DNA from: Ignavibacteriota bacterium | GTDB lineage: Bacteria > Bacteroidota > Ignavibacteria > UBA10030 > CAVZMI01 | NCBI GenBank assembly: GCA_963776275.1 | Contig: CAVZMI010000021.1 | Span: 1 to 64,000 of the forward strand | Direction of reading: 5' to 3' | Length of the DNA stretch: 64,000 bases | Program-made: the position numbers and the translations under genes | The notes under the pieces: model-generated | Databases searched by the model: none | Told to the model about the DNA's origin: nothing | The model's input: only the letters and a program-made list of their open reading frames with translations | Part shown: positions 18,799 to 26,334 of the stretch, piece after piece | Layout of the letters: each line of letters starts with the position of its first letter | Numbering within the stretch: position 1 is the stretch's first letter

Positions 18799-19074
18799 GT
18801 GGAGAATAAAATAATTCTCGAAAAATTGAACGAGATCGGGGAGACACTGAGAGAACTAAAAGGGCAAAGTACACCGCCGCCGATGCCATTCAAAGCAGCG
18901 TGTTCTTTTTTAGGTGTCAAGGCGGGAACGCTCTACCGATGGAATTCAGAGGGTGTCCTTCCATTTTTCCGGCCAAATGGAAAAGCGATCTTCTATCTCC
19001 GTTCCGACTTGGAAAAATTTCTCATGCAGCACCGTGTTCCGTCGAGAGATGAATTGCGAGAAGGGGGAATTTGA
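18799..19074 (+). CDS. Excisionase/AlpA-like helix-turn-helix protein
   Basis: FKAACSFLGVKAGTLYRW...LPFFRPNGKAIFYLRSDLEKFL, HTH_17-like pattern. Confidence 0.88.
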   Translation: MENKIILEKLNEIGETLRELKGQSTPPPMPFKAACSFLGVKAGTLYRWNSEGVLPFFRPNGKAIFYLRSDLEKFLMQHRVPSRDELREGGI

Positions 19075-19075
19075 A

Positions 19076-19984
19076 TTGCCACGAAGTCGCTTAATCAAGC
19101 CGGAATTCTGGTCAGATAGAATTGTGAATCAACTTTCTTTTGAATCTCAACTACTTTATATCGGACTTGGAAATTTTTGTGACGATTATGGTTGCTGTTT
19201 AGATTCAACTCGAAAAATCTCAGGTGAAATCTTCCCGCTTAATGATAATGTCACCGAAAGAAAAGTGAATAAATGGAGAAAGGAATTAATTGACTCTCTC
19301 TTAGTGGTTTCGGTTCAATATGATGGCGTAAGTTATTTAATTATGAGAAATTGGAAACAAGATCAAAAGGTTGAGCACCCTTCGGGCCGGAGATGGCTAA
19401 CCGATGAAATTCAAGAAAAACTCATGAATGAATATATACAGATTCACGAGGGACTCATGAGGGACTCACGCCCTAATATGAATATGAATAAAGAAGATGA
19501 AATAGAAAAGGAAGACCTGAAAGAGAAATTTAGTGAGTTTGTTTTCCTAACAAAAAAAGAACATCAAAAGCTGGTAGAGAAGTACGGTGAAGAGGATACC
19601 GCCGGAGCTATCGTTGACTTTGATCTCTACCTTCAACAGAATGAAGCAAATCGGAAACGATATACCTCTCATTACGCGGTATTTTTACGATGGGAGATGG
19701 AAGCATACTTGAAGAAAAAAAACGGTCGAGGAAAACAATCTATTCAACAGCAATCAGCCCCAGGGCCAACAGAGTCTACTTCACCAATGCCGAAAGGAAT
19801 CGGCTCAGATAGATTCTATGAATTTGCAAAAAAAAGATTGAAGGGAATAACTCAAAAAGAAGATAATGGTATGGTAACATTTTTCGGTACTGGAATTTAT
19901 GTTACACAAATTGAATGGATGGATCAAGAAAGACGTGAAGAAGAGGAAGCATTAAATAATCTGGTAGGAACCGGGTCCGGGTGA
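19076..19984 (+). CDS. Phage-type replication initiator (replisome organizer/O-like)
   Basis: TTG start after AAGGGGG; PRSRLIKPEFWSD...LLYIGLGNFCDDYG N-terminus; FLTKKEHQKLVEKYG...YTSHYAVFLRW C-terminal domain; internal repeats. Confidence 0.8.
   Translation: MPRSRLIKPEFWSDRIVNQLSFESQLLYIGLGNFCDDYGCCLDSTRKISGEIFPLNDNVTERKVNKWRKELIDSLLVVSVQYDGVSYLIMRNWKQDQKVEHPSGRRWLTDEIQEKLMNEYIQIHEGLMRDSRPNMNMNKEDEIEKEDLKEKFSEFVFLTKKEHQKLVEKYGEEDTAGAIVDFDLYLQQNEANRKRYTSHYAVFLRWEMEAYLKKKNGRGKQSIQQQSAPGPTESTSPMPKGIGSDRFYEFAKKRLKGITQKEDNGMVTFFGTGIYVTQIEWMDQERREEEEALNNLVGTGSG
19409..19515 (+). repeat. Iteron-like 11-bp repeats followed by A-rich hexamer tract (putative ori)
   Basis: attcaagaaaa, actcatgaatg, (one degenerate unit), attcacgaggg, actcatgaggg, actcacgccct in register, then aatatg aatatg aataaa gaagat gaaata. 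Confidence 0.65.
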
Positions 19985-20247
19985 TAAAACGAATAGATAC
20001 AATTCAGCCTTTGATGGTTGAAACATTACGGAAACTTGGAGTATCTGTCCAGCCTATTCATGTAATCGGTAAGGGTTGCCCCGATATTCTCTGTGGATGG
20101 AAAAATAGAAACTACCTATTTGAGATCAAGTCCGATAACGGAAAATTAACACCGGAAGAAATTCGATGGCATGAAACATGGAAAGGCCAAGTTCATACAA
20201 TACATTCAGTGGAAGAGATTTTGAATGTCCTTTTTGAAAAAAGGTAA
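19981..20247 (+). CDS. VRR-NUC-like PD-(D/E)XK nuclease
   Basis: GCPDIL...LFEIKS..GKLTPEE..W pattern; overlaps the rep stop codon. Confidence 0.8.
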   Translation: MIKRIDTIQPLMVETLRKLGVSVQPIHVIGKGCPDILCGWKNRNYLFEIKSDNGKLTPEEIRWHETWKGQVHTIHSVEEILNVLFEKR

Positions 20248-20300
20248 CAAGAGATTTGCAAAGTGTCAAAGTCAATTTATAACAAAGGAAAGGAAACACG

Positions 20301-20501
20301 ATGGAGACTATAATTAAAAATCTGTCCAACCTCGAATTAATCAAGGACGATCAAGGGCAACACTGGCTCAAATTCAAAACTGATTCTGGAAAGATCTGTT
20401 CAATTAGTGTGGAGAACTTCTTTCCGGGCCTTGTACCGAAAGACATGACAGTCAGAGAATGGGCAAAGGAACAAATTGAAATCCATTCCCGTGAGAGATA
20501 A
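20301..20501 (+). CDS. Small hypothetical protein
   Basis: 66 aa with AAGGA RBS. Confidence 0.6.
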   Translation: METIIKNLSNLELIKDDQGQHWLKFKTDSGKICSISVENFFPGLVPKDMTVREWAKEQIEIHSRER

Positions 20502-20504
20502 GAC

Positions 20505-21992
20505 ATGATATACCATGAATTCACAGGTATTGTTGATTTGTGCGGGACTTGGACTATCGGGCTTTCGATAGACGATTCATTCACCGGAATCACTTATCCT
20601 TCGATAGATTGTTTTAAAGAGATCGGTGAAAAAGGACAGGTACAAGATCGGAAGGTGGGTAAAATAAACTTAGATACTTTAAAATTATTCATTCAAGACG
20701 TACACACGACTGAATATCCCGAAGGATTCTGGTATAAAATCTGTCACGGAATTGATATAGAACTCCCGACATTCTTAATTAAACTTAATGAAGGCGATGA
20801 AGATACACTTTATTTTTACGGTCGGCTTAATCTGAATGATAGTTCGTGGGATGAACCCTACCGTAGAAATAACGTGGATTGTATTCGAGAACATGAAATT
20901 TCACTTTTGCCCATCATAACGGCTTTTGACGATGTGAAAATTGATGATTGGATTTATGAAATGATGTATCCCATCTATTTGCATGAAACAGAAAAAGCAG
21001 GTCCAAATGGAATTCGTTGGGTTGTGTCATTCAAGAATGTTATTTTGGCACTTTTATGTAAAACTTTCGGTCAATATTATGATGAGGATGATGTTACATT
21101 CCCCACGGTCGCCGGGGGTGCTGAAATACTATATCGACGCAGTAGCACCGATTATGATTTGACAAGTGCGTATTTCCCTGTTAAACAATGGAGTGGTGAT
21201 ATTCCACCAACTGAATTATTACTATGTAATTATTGGGATGGAACAATAGGCGACGATCCCCAACATCTAAACAATCTTTATGGGAATGCGGGCGATTTGT
21301 TTTTTGCAATCTGTAAAGAGCGGGGTCTTATACCGGTTGTGGGATATAATCTTGTTAATAACCATGTACAAATTAATTTCATTCAGTGGGATGAAAATTA
21401 TGCCAATGCTTTAGTATTCGATGAAGAGCCAATTGAAGTCTCAGGAAAAACTACACCTGAGTATTTTGTCAATGCCATACGGACATATTTAAAAATAGAT
21501 TCTACTTTGATGGAATGGTATATGATCGGCCCATTGGGATCGATGTGGTATTCAACATTGCCTGAAAACGTGACTTGGGATATAGACATTGAAGCATTAT
21601 GGACAGCGAAAATCGGTTTAATTGATGATAACTTACCCAGTGATGGGAGTGATCTATCGCATTTCCTCGTTAACGCCGCAGGCGATCCTTATACTGACGC
21701 CGTTTGGTCTGGTTATCCCAATAATTCATTATTAATTTTACTAATGTACATCATGCACCACGTAGCATACAGCGACTTGAATGGATCGCTTAAAATGAAT
21801 CCCAATGTATATAACATGACCTACGTTGGAATCAAAGGGAATGACGGGGTGACAAATACGCACGCGAATATGCAGATAACGAGAGAAACATCTATTGACG
21901 GAAATCTTTACAGGGCGAACCGGATTACACAAAAACCGAAAGAGTTTGTAACTGAAATTGAATGGATCCAAAAATATACTCTACCACCTTAA
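20505..21992 (+). CDS. Acidic 495-aa protein, possibly phage tail hub/baseplate-like
   Basis: Long ORF is certain; function inferred only from the acidic/aromatic beta-rich pattern (IKLNEGDEDTLYFYGRL; SIDGNLYRANRITQKPKEFVTEIEW). Confidence 0.5.
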   Translation: MIYHEFTGIVDLCGTWTIGLSIDDSFTGITYPSIDCFKEIGEKGQVQDRKVGKINLDTLKLFIQDVHTTEYPEGFWYKICHGIDIELPTFLIKLNEGDEDTLYFYGRLNLNDSSWDEPYRRNNVDCIREHEISLLPIITAFDDVKIDDWIYEMMYPIYLHETEKAGPNGIRWVVSFKNVILALLCKTFGQYYDEDDVTFPTVAGGAEILYRRSSTDYDLTSAYFPVKQWSGDIPPTELLLCNYWDGTIGDDPQHLNNLYGNAGDLFFAICKERGLIPVVGYNLVNNHVQINFIQWDENYANALVFDEEPIEVSGKTTPEYFVNAIRTYLKIDSTLMEWYMIGPLGSMWYSTLPENVTWDIDIEALWTAKIGLIDDNLPSDGSDLSHFLVNAAGDPYTDAVWSGYPNNSLLILLMYIMHHVAYSDLNGSLKMNPNVYNMTYVGIKGNDGVTNTHANMQITRETSIDGNLYRANRITQKPKEFVTEIEWIQKYTLPP

Positions 21993-22007
21993 AGGACGGT
22001 ATTAGAA

Positions 22008-22199
22008 ATGACAGACGGCGTAAAGAATATCGAATTCAAATTAATTCAACTTGATGCCGAATTGACCGAAAAAGGTTATGAGATGTCGAGTGAAGATGAT
22101 ATTTCAGCGAATGAACTCAAAAACTTTTATGAAGCTGTTCAAACCTTCAGCGACTCGGCTCAAAAAGTTATTGAGGTGCTGGAGAAAATAGAAAAATGA
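22008..22199 (+). CDS. Small acidic helical protein
   Basis: 63 aa with AAGGA RBS, co-directional with neighbours. Confidence 0.6.
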   Translation: MTDGVKNIEFKLIQLDAELTEKGYEMSSEDDISANELKNFYEAVQTFSDSAQKVIEVLEKIEK

Positions 22200-22260
22200 T
22201 TAACAGTACCTTAATGCAGATATATGCACAAATTCACGTCACTAAATTGCGATAGATACT

Positions 22261-22524
22261 ATGGAGAATGAAACTAAGCTGTTGACAGGTACGGAGAACT
22301 TGCCGGGGACTATCCCATCGAAAAGAGCGATCCGATTAAAGAGCATTTTCGATATTAACCGGCTACTGGCTCGGACTGTTAATCAGCTCATACGGGGACA
22401 GATCGAGGAAACGAAGGCCGGGAAAATCGGATATCTCTGCAACGTAATGTTGAAGAGTTTTGAATTAACAGAACTTGAACGAAGAATCGGAGAGCTGGAA
22501 AAAAGAAATAATGGAGAACGATAA
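22261..22524 (+). CDS. Small protein with C-terminal coiled coil (possibly small-terminase-like)
   Basis: RLKSIFDINRLLARTVNQLIRGQI...KIGYLCNVMLK..ELTELERRIGELE. Confidence 0.6.
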   Translation: MENETKLLTGTENLPGTIPSKRAIRLKSIFDINRLLARTVNQLIRGQIEETKAGKIGYLCNVMLKSFELTELERRIGELEKRNNGER

Positions 22525-22739
22525 TGGAAAAACTTAAAGTACGTATTGAATCACTGGAAAATTTGCAGCAACCAGAAAAGCCCGCAACAATAATTGTGTA
22601 TCACAAGAACGAAATGACCAAAGCAGGGGCGATCACGAAATATGAAAAAGAACACGATATAAAATTCACAGATGATGATGAATTGATTATTTTGGAAATC
22701 GTTGATGTTGTCACCAACAAAGAGAAAGAAGATGAATAA
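22524..22739 (+). CDS. Small hypothetical protein, N-terminal RIESLE motif
   Basis: TAATG translational coupling to the upstream ORF. Confidence 0.65.
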   Translation: MEKLKVRIESLENLQQPEKPATIIVYHKNEMTKAGAITKYEKEHDIKFTDDDELIILEIVDVVTNKEKEDE

Positions 22740-22989
22740 AAAGGAAATGACAACAGCCGATGCTTTACGAGCGGTCGGGTTGCCTACTTTTATTTTAAAG
22801 GGCTTTCCAGATCCGGACGAAATGGAATCGGAAATAATAGGCGAAAAAAAACCCCTTGTGATTCAGCAAGCCGAAGCATACGTAAAAGATCACCCGGCGG
22901 AATTCCCCGACTGCACTTCGGAACTTGCACCGAAACGAGCGCTTTATCTTCATGCAATGCGTATAATTAAATTCACAGGCGAAAAATAA
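22732..22989 (+). CDS. Small hypothetical protein
   Basis: Probable start MNKKEM overlapping the upstream stop. Confidence 0.6.
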   Translation: MNKKEMTTADALRAVGLPTFILKGFPDPDEMESEIIGEKKPLVIQQAEAYVKDHPAEFPDCTSELAPKRALYLHAMRIIKFTGEK

Positions 22990-23017
22990 TTCAACTAAAC
23001 GAAAGGATTAATACACA

Positions 23018-23392
23018 ATGGCACGCAGTGATGAAATACAAAAACAGCTTATCGAAGGTATTGAAGCAGAAGAAATACGCTTGAAAAATTATGCTACAGA
23101 GTGTAAAGAAAGACTCGACAGCACAATTGCAGAATTTGAAGCGGCAAAAAAGGAACTTCCCGAATTAGAGAAAGAACTACTGACAAAAGACAGATTGCTG
23201 AATAAGCTTACTAAAGAGATTGAAGAACTTAAAGATAAAATAGCAATTATGGGGAATATCATTCGCTTGGAAAGCGGGTCATCATACTTCTCAGGAATCA
23301 AACGCGCAGAGGTGAGTTTTCAACAAGCCGATTATGCGGCAAAGAGTTATGTTGAAACGAAAATTAAAAGATTGGCGAATCCTAAAGTTTAA
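23018..23392 (+). CDS. Coiled-coil hypothetical protein
   Basis: 124 aa, heptad-rich E/K/L composition, AAGGA RBS. Confidence 0.7.
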   Translation: MARSDEIQKQLIEGIEAEEIRLKNYATECKERLDSTIAEFEAAKKELPELEKELLTKDRLLNKLTKEIEELKDKIAIMGNIIRLESGSSYFSGIKRAEVSFQQADYAAKSYVETKIKRLANPKV

Positions 23393-23396
23393 CAAT

Positions 23397-23484
23397 TGAG
23401 TGAGTTCTTTCCCGGTGTTGGCATTCGCCGGTTCTTCTCACTCGATAGGGCGGCGGCTATCTTGTTCCCCGCCGCCTTACTTTT
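23397..23484 (+). terminator. Tandem hairpins, the second terminator-like
   Basis: tgagtgag...ctcactcg hairpin, then agggcggcgg/ccgccgcctt stem followed by actttt. Confidence 0.55.
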
Positions 23485-23506
23485 AAATTAAACAGAGAGA
23501 CAGTTT

Positions 23507-23707
23507 ATGAATCAAGATGCACGTTTAAAAAAGCTTGAAACTCTTCCAGAGAATAACGAGATGGAATATACCGTTGAGATCGGCGGGACACTCGAAGAGG
23601 CAAAGAATAATTTTGAGAATTCAGATCGACAAAAGGAAACACTCTACATAATTTCAGTCGGCCCCGATGGAATGATTTCAGGGAAAAAGCATACTCTGAG
23701 AAAATGA
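23507..23707 (+). CDS. Small hypothetical protein, N-terminal RLKKLE motif
   Basis: 66 aa ORF flanked by hairpins. Confidence 0.6.
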   Translation: MNQDARLKKLETLPENNEMEYTVEIGGTLEEAKNNFENSDRQKETLYIISVGPDGMISGKKHTLRK

Positions 23708-23714
23708 TTTTTAT

Positions 23715-23771
23715 GAGGCGGCAATGCAGCAAGATAGCGAAAGTCCCCTTGATTGCCGCCTTGTTACTTTT
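23715..23771 (+). terminator. Hairpin/terminator near the right end of the element
   Basis: gaggcggcaat/attgccgcctt stem followed by gttactttt. Confidence 0.5.
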
Positions 23772-23878
23772 AGGGGGGTATAACTATGTATGGCTATCCC
23801 GGAATAATTCAACCTTGAGCGATCCTTGCGCGAAAAACGGGTATCTTTTAGCCTCTAAACTGAAAAATTGCCAGTTCC

Positions 23879-23907
23879 TTGCTTCCCGACTCGATCCTTC
23901 GTATATT
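23879..23907 (+). promoter_or_regulatory. Sigma70-type promoter
   Basis: TTGCTT-N17-TATATT. Confidence 0.55.
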
Positions 23908-23910
23908 CGC

Positions 23911-24032
23911 TTCGGTCTAATTGACCTAAAAGTGAGGTTTTCGGGTGTTCTTACCGCACATTTGTTGCCGGGAACGCCCCCAATTCATAGAAATCCTTAA
24001 ATATAGGCGCATTTTGAAAGAAATGCACTGAA
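23911..24032 (+). ncRNA. Candidate structured RNA / 5' leader
   Basis: Closing stem ttcggt/actgaa, long arm with gggtgttctt/gggaacgccc, and gcatttt-GAAA-gaaatgc hairpin. Confidence 0.4.
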
Positions 24033-24088
24033 AAGAGTAATTTTTCGTACGAATGTAGTATCTTGAGGTATCACACCTGGGAGTATTT

Positions 24089-24478
24089 ATGAAAAAAGAA
24101 TCGGCAATTATTCTGTGCATATGCAGCGGCGATTGTCCGGGGATGAAGAGAACCGATTTCGTAGAGCTCACGGAACGATTACGACTTGAAGTGCAGACAG
24201 ATCTTCTGGCAATTCACCCCCATATCTGCGATGAATCGGGTATCAACCTTCTGCGGGATATCATCAAACCGAACCGGTTTCATCTCATCGCCGCGTGTGG
24301 TGTCGACCGTCAGGGTGAGTCGCTCAAGGATGGTTTCAAGCGCGCCGGCGTTTCGATGGATAACATCCACTGGAAACCGGTTGATATGATCGGGAAGTCA
24401 ACACAAGAAGTCATAGAATCGATCCGTACGGCTCTTCAATCAGAGGGATTCATTCAACCGACATTGCATAACGCCTGA
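24089..24478 (+). CDS. Stand-alone heterodisulfide reductase subunit A-like (N-terminal Cys-rich domain) protein
   Basis: LCICSGDCP, HPHIC and IAACG motifs. Confidence 0.7.
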   Translation: MKKESAIILCICSGDCPGMKRTDFVELTERLRLEVQTDLLAIHPHICDESGINLLRDIIKPNRFHLIAACGVDRQGESLKDGFKRAGVSMDNIHWKPVDMIGKSTQEVIESIRTALQSEGFIQPTLHNA

Positions 24479-24558
24479 CTTTGAACATCATAATATCTTT
24501 TTTTACTTTTGTGCCTTCGGCGATGCTCGCTCCACAAATTAGTGCGACCAAATCGTAC

Positions 24559-24586
24559 TTTTTCCTTTTTAATTTTTACTTTTTAA
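24559..24586 (+). repeat. (TTTTTNN)4 heptamer tract
   Basis: tttttcc tttttaa tttttac tttttaa. Confidence 0.75.
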
Positions 24587-24593
24587 TTTTAAA

Positions 24594-25181
24594 ATGCTAT
24601 TCCCATCCCCAGATCATATTGCCCGGATTCTCTCGGCTCTGTCCCGCCGTGATCTGTCCACGCCTAAGTATGAGAAAGCCGCAGTGCTTATACCTCTCAT
24701 CGCACGTAAAGAACCTGGCGATTACGACCTTCTGCTCACACTGCGTACTGAATCGGTTGAACATCATAAAGGGCAGGTTTCATTCCCCGGCGGTACAACA
24801 AACAACAATGATCGGGATGAAATTGCGACTGCACTACGCGAAGCGGAAGAAGAAGTGGGGATTGCATCATCCGAGATTCAAATACTCGGGACGTTAAACA
24901 ATGTCTGGACACCTTCAGGTTTTATCATCACGCCCATTGTAGGATATCTGACACATTTTCCACACCTTGTACTCCAGCATGGCGAAGTCGCTGAAGCGTT
25001 TTGCGTACCGCTCTCGTTCTTTTCAGACCCTGCCAATATGACAACGGAAACTCGTTACTATGAAGGACAACCACGGGAAGTATATTTTTACCACTACGGC
25101 AACTTTACAATCTGGGGAATAACGGCGATTATCATCCGTGAGCTTGTTCAGGTTCTTGTGTCTGGAATACGCACACTCTGA
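24594..25181 (+). CDS. Nudix CoA pyrophosphatase (NudL-like)
   Basis: AAVLIPL, LLTLR..HKGQVSFPGG, TALREAEEEVG, IWGITA. Confidence 0.92.
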   Translation: MLFPSPDHIARILSALSRRDLSTPKYEKAAVLIPLIARKEPGDYDLLLTLRTESVEHHKGQVSFPGGTTNNNDRDEIATALREAEEEVGIASSEIQILGTLNNVWTPSGFIITPIVGYLTHFPHLVLQHGEVAEAFCVPLSFFSDPANMTTETRYYEGQPREVYFYHYGNFTIWGITAIIIRELVQVLVSGIRTL

Positions 25182-25204
25182 TTGGATGGGATCAAAGAAT
25201 GGAA

Positions 25205-26257
25205 TTATTTCTTCATTTCAAGCATTTTGCGACGGACCTGACTCTCAATCTGAAAATGCTCTTCTGCGGTAATTCCGAAGCGGTCTCGCAGCGATGAAAG
25301 ACGTTCTGACTCTTCAAGGCTTACTGTTCCATCGCTCCATGCAACTTCAACTGCATCACTGTAAAAACGTTCCTGCGTTTTTTTCTTCATCTGGATGGTT
25401 TGTTCCGGGGAAATTTTTAAACCGTGGGCAATTCCGGTGATAACACGTGTATATTCATCATCCACTAATCCTTGAATCAGGAGTTGTTCAATCGCCATCG
25501 TAAACAGTTCTTTCACGCACTCCGCAAACCGAAGTTCGCGTTCGTCTTCAAGGTGGAGCAACTGCTCTTCAAGTGCTTTTCCAGCCGTTGTCGACATTTC
25601 TTTGATCTCGTTCTCGAGTTTTATCTGTGCTTCGGTCTCAAGACGCTTCTGGAATGTTGAAACCGCAACCTGAATTTGTTCGGTCGATCGTTTCTGGTTT
25701 TCGGCTTCGTATTCATGAATTTCTTTATCGATTTTCTCTTTGTACTCTGTCTGCGCCTTCGTCTGTGCTCCTTCCACTGTCTCCCGTGCAATCCGATCGG
25801 CATTCGCACGAATCAACTCGAGAATCTCATCGGCACTCGTCCCCCTGACCACAAATTCTTCATAGATAGGACGCTTTGCCGGTTGTGATTTTTCCGTTTG
25901 AGCCTTTTTCCCATTATCGGATTCCTGTGCCGTTTTTTTTGCCAGGGGAGATGGAGGGGGCTCGATTTTTGTCTGAGACTGTTTTTTTTCGGATAGTGGT
26001 TCTGTTACAGCATTTTTTATCGCCGGTGGTTGGGCTGCTTCTCTTTTTAATCGTTCCTCTTCTGCTTTCTTTTGAGCCTCTTCACGCGCGTATTGAATCC
26101 GTTCTTCGTACGCAAGAATATAGAGATTCCGCGGATCGGCAATACGAGCTTTCGCGATTTCCTCATTTGCTCGATCAAATTCCCCCGCCTTAATAAGCTT
26201 GTCTGCGGTCTTTAGATGGTCGGACGCTATGCGCTTGTTTTCGTCAACAAGTTTCAT
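25205..26257 (-). CDS. Hypothetical protein: TPR-like N-terminus, coiled coil, TerB-like C-terminus
   Basis: ADKLIKAGEFDRA...DPRNLY; VAWSDGTVSLEESERL..LRDRFGI. Confidence 0.7.
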   Translation of the reverse strand: MKLVDENKRIASDHLKTADKLIKAGEFDRANEEIAKARIADPRNLYILAYEERIQYAREEAQKKAEEERLKREAAQPPAIKNAVTEPLSEKKQSQTKIEPPPSPLAKKTAQESDNGKKAQTEKSQPAKRPIYEEFVVRGTSADEILELIRANADRIARETVEGAQTKAQTEYKEKIDKEIHEYEAENQKRSTEQIQVAVSTFQKRLETEAQIKLENEIKEMSTTAGKALEEQLLHLEDERELRFAECVKELFTMAIEQLLIQGLVDDEYTRVITGIAHGLKISPEQTIQMKKKTQERFYSDAVEVAWSDGTVSLEESERLSSLRDRFGITAEEHFQIESQVRRKMLEMKK

Positions 26258-26334
26258 GAATAGTAAGAGGATGGAACGACATGAGGCTGTAATTTATTTC
26301 CTCAGAGTAAATGTACAGGATTCTCATGCAATTG

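Larger units (their letters stand above)
15801..23790 (+). mobile_element. Integrated phage-satellite-like or cryptic prophage element (~8 kb)
   Basis: AT-rich, co-directional block containing integrase, Xis-like HTH, phage replication initiator and nuclease; boundaries approximate. Confidence 0.8.

Noticed and set aside
23704-24000. ORF 23704..24000 and the many antisense/shadow ORFs in the track
   Set aside because: Overlap terminator/promoter structures or well-supported opposite-strand genes; no motifs or RBS support
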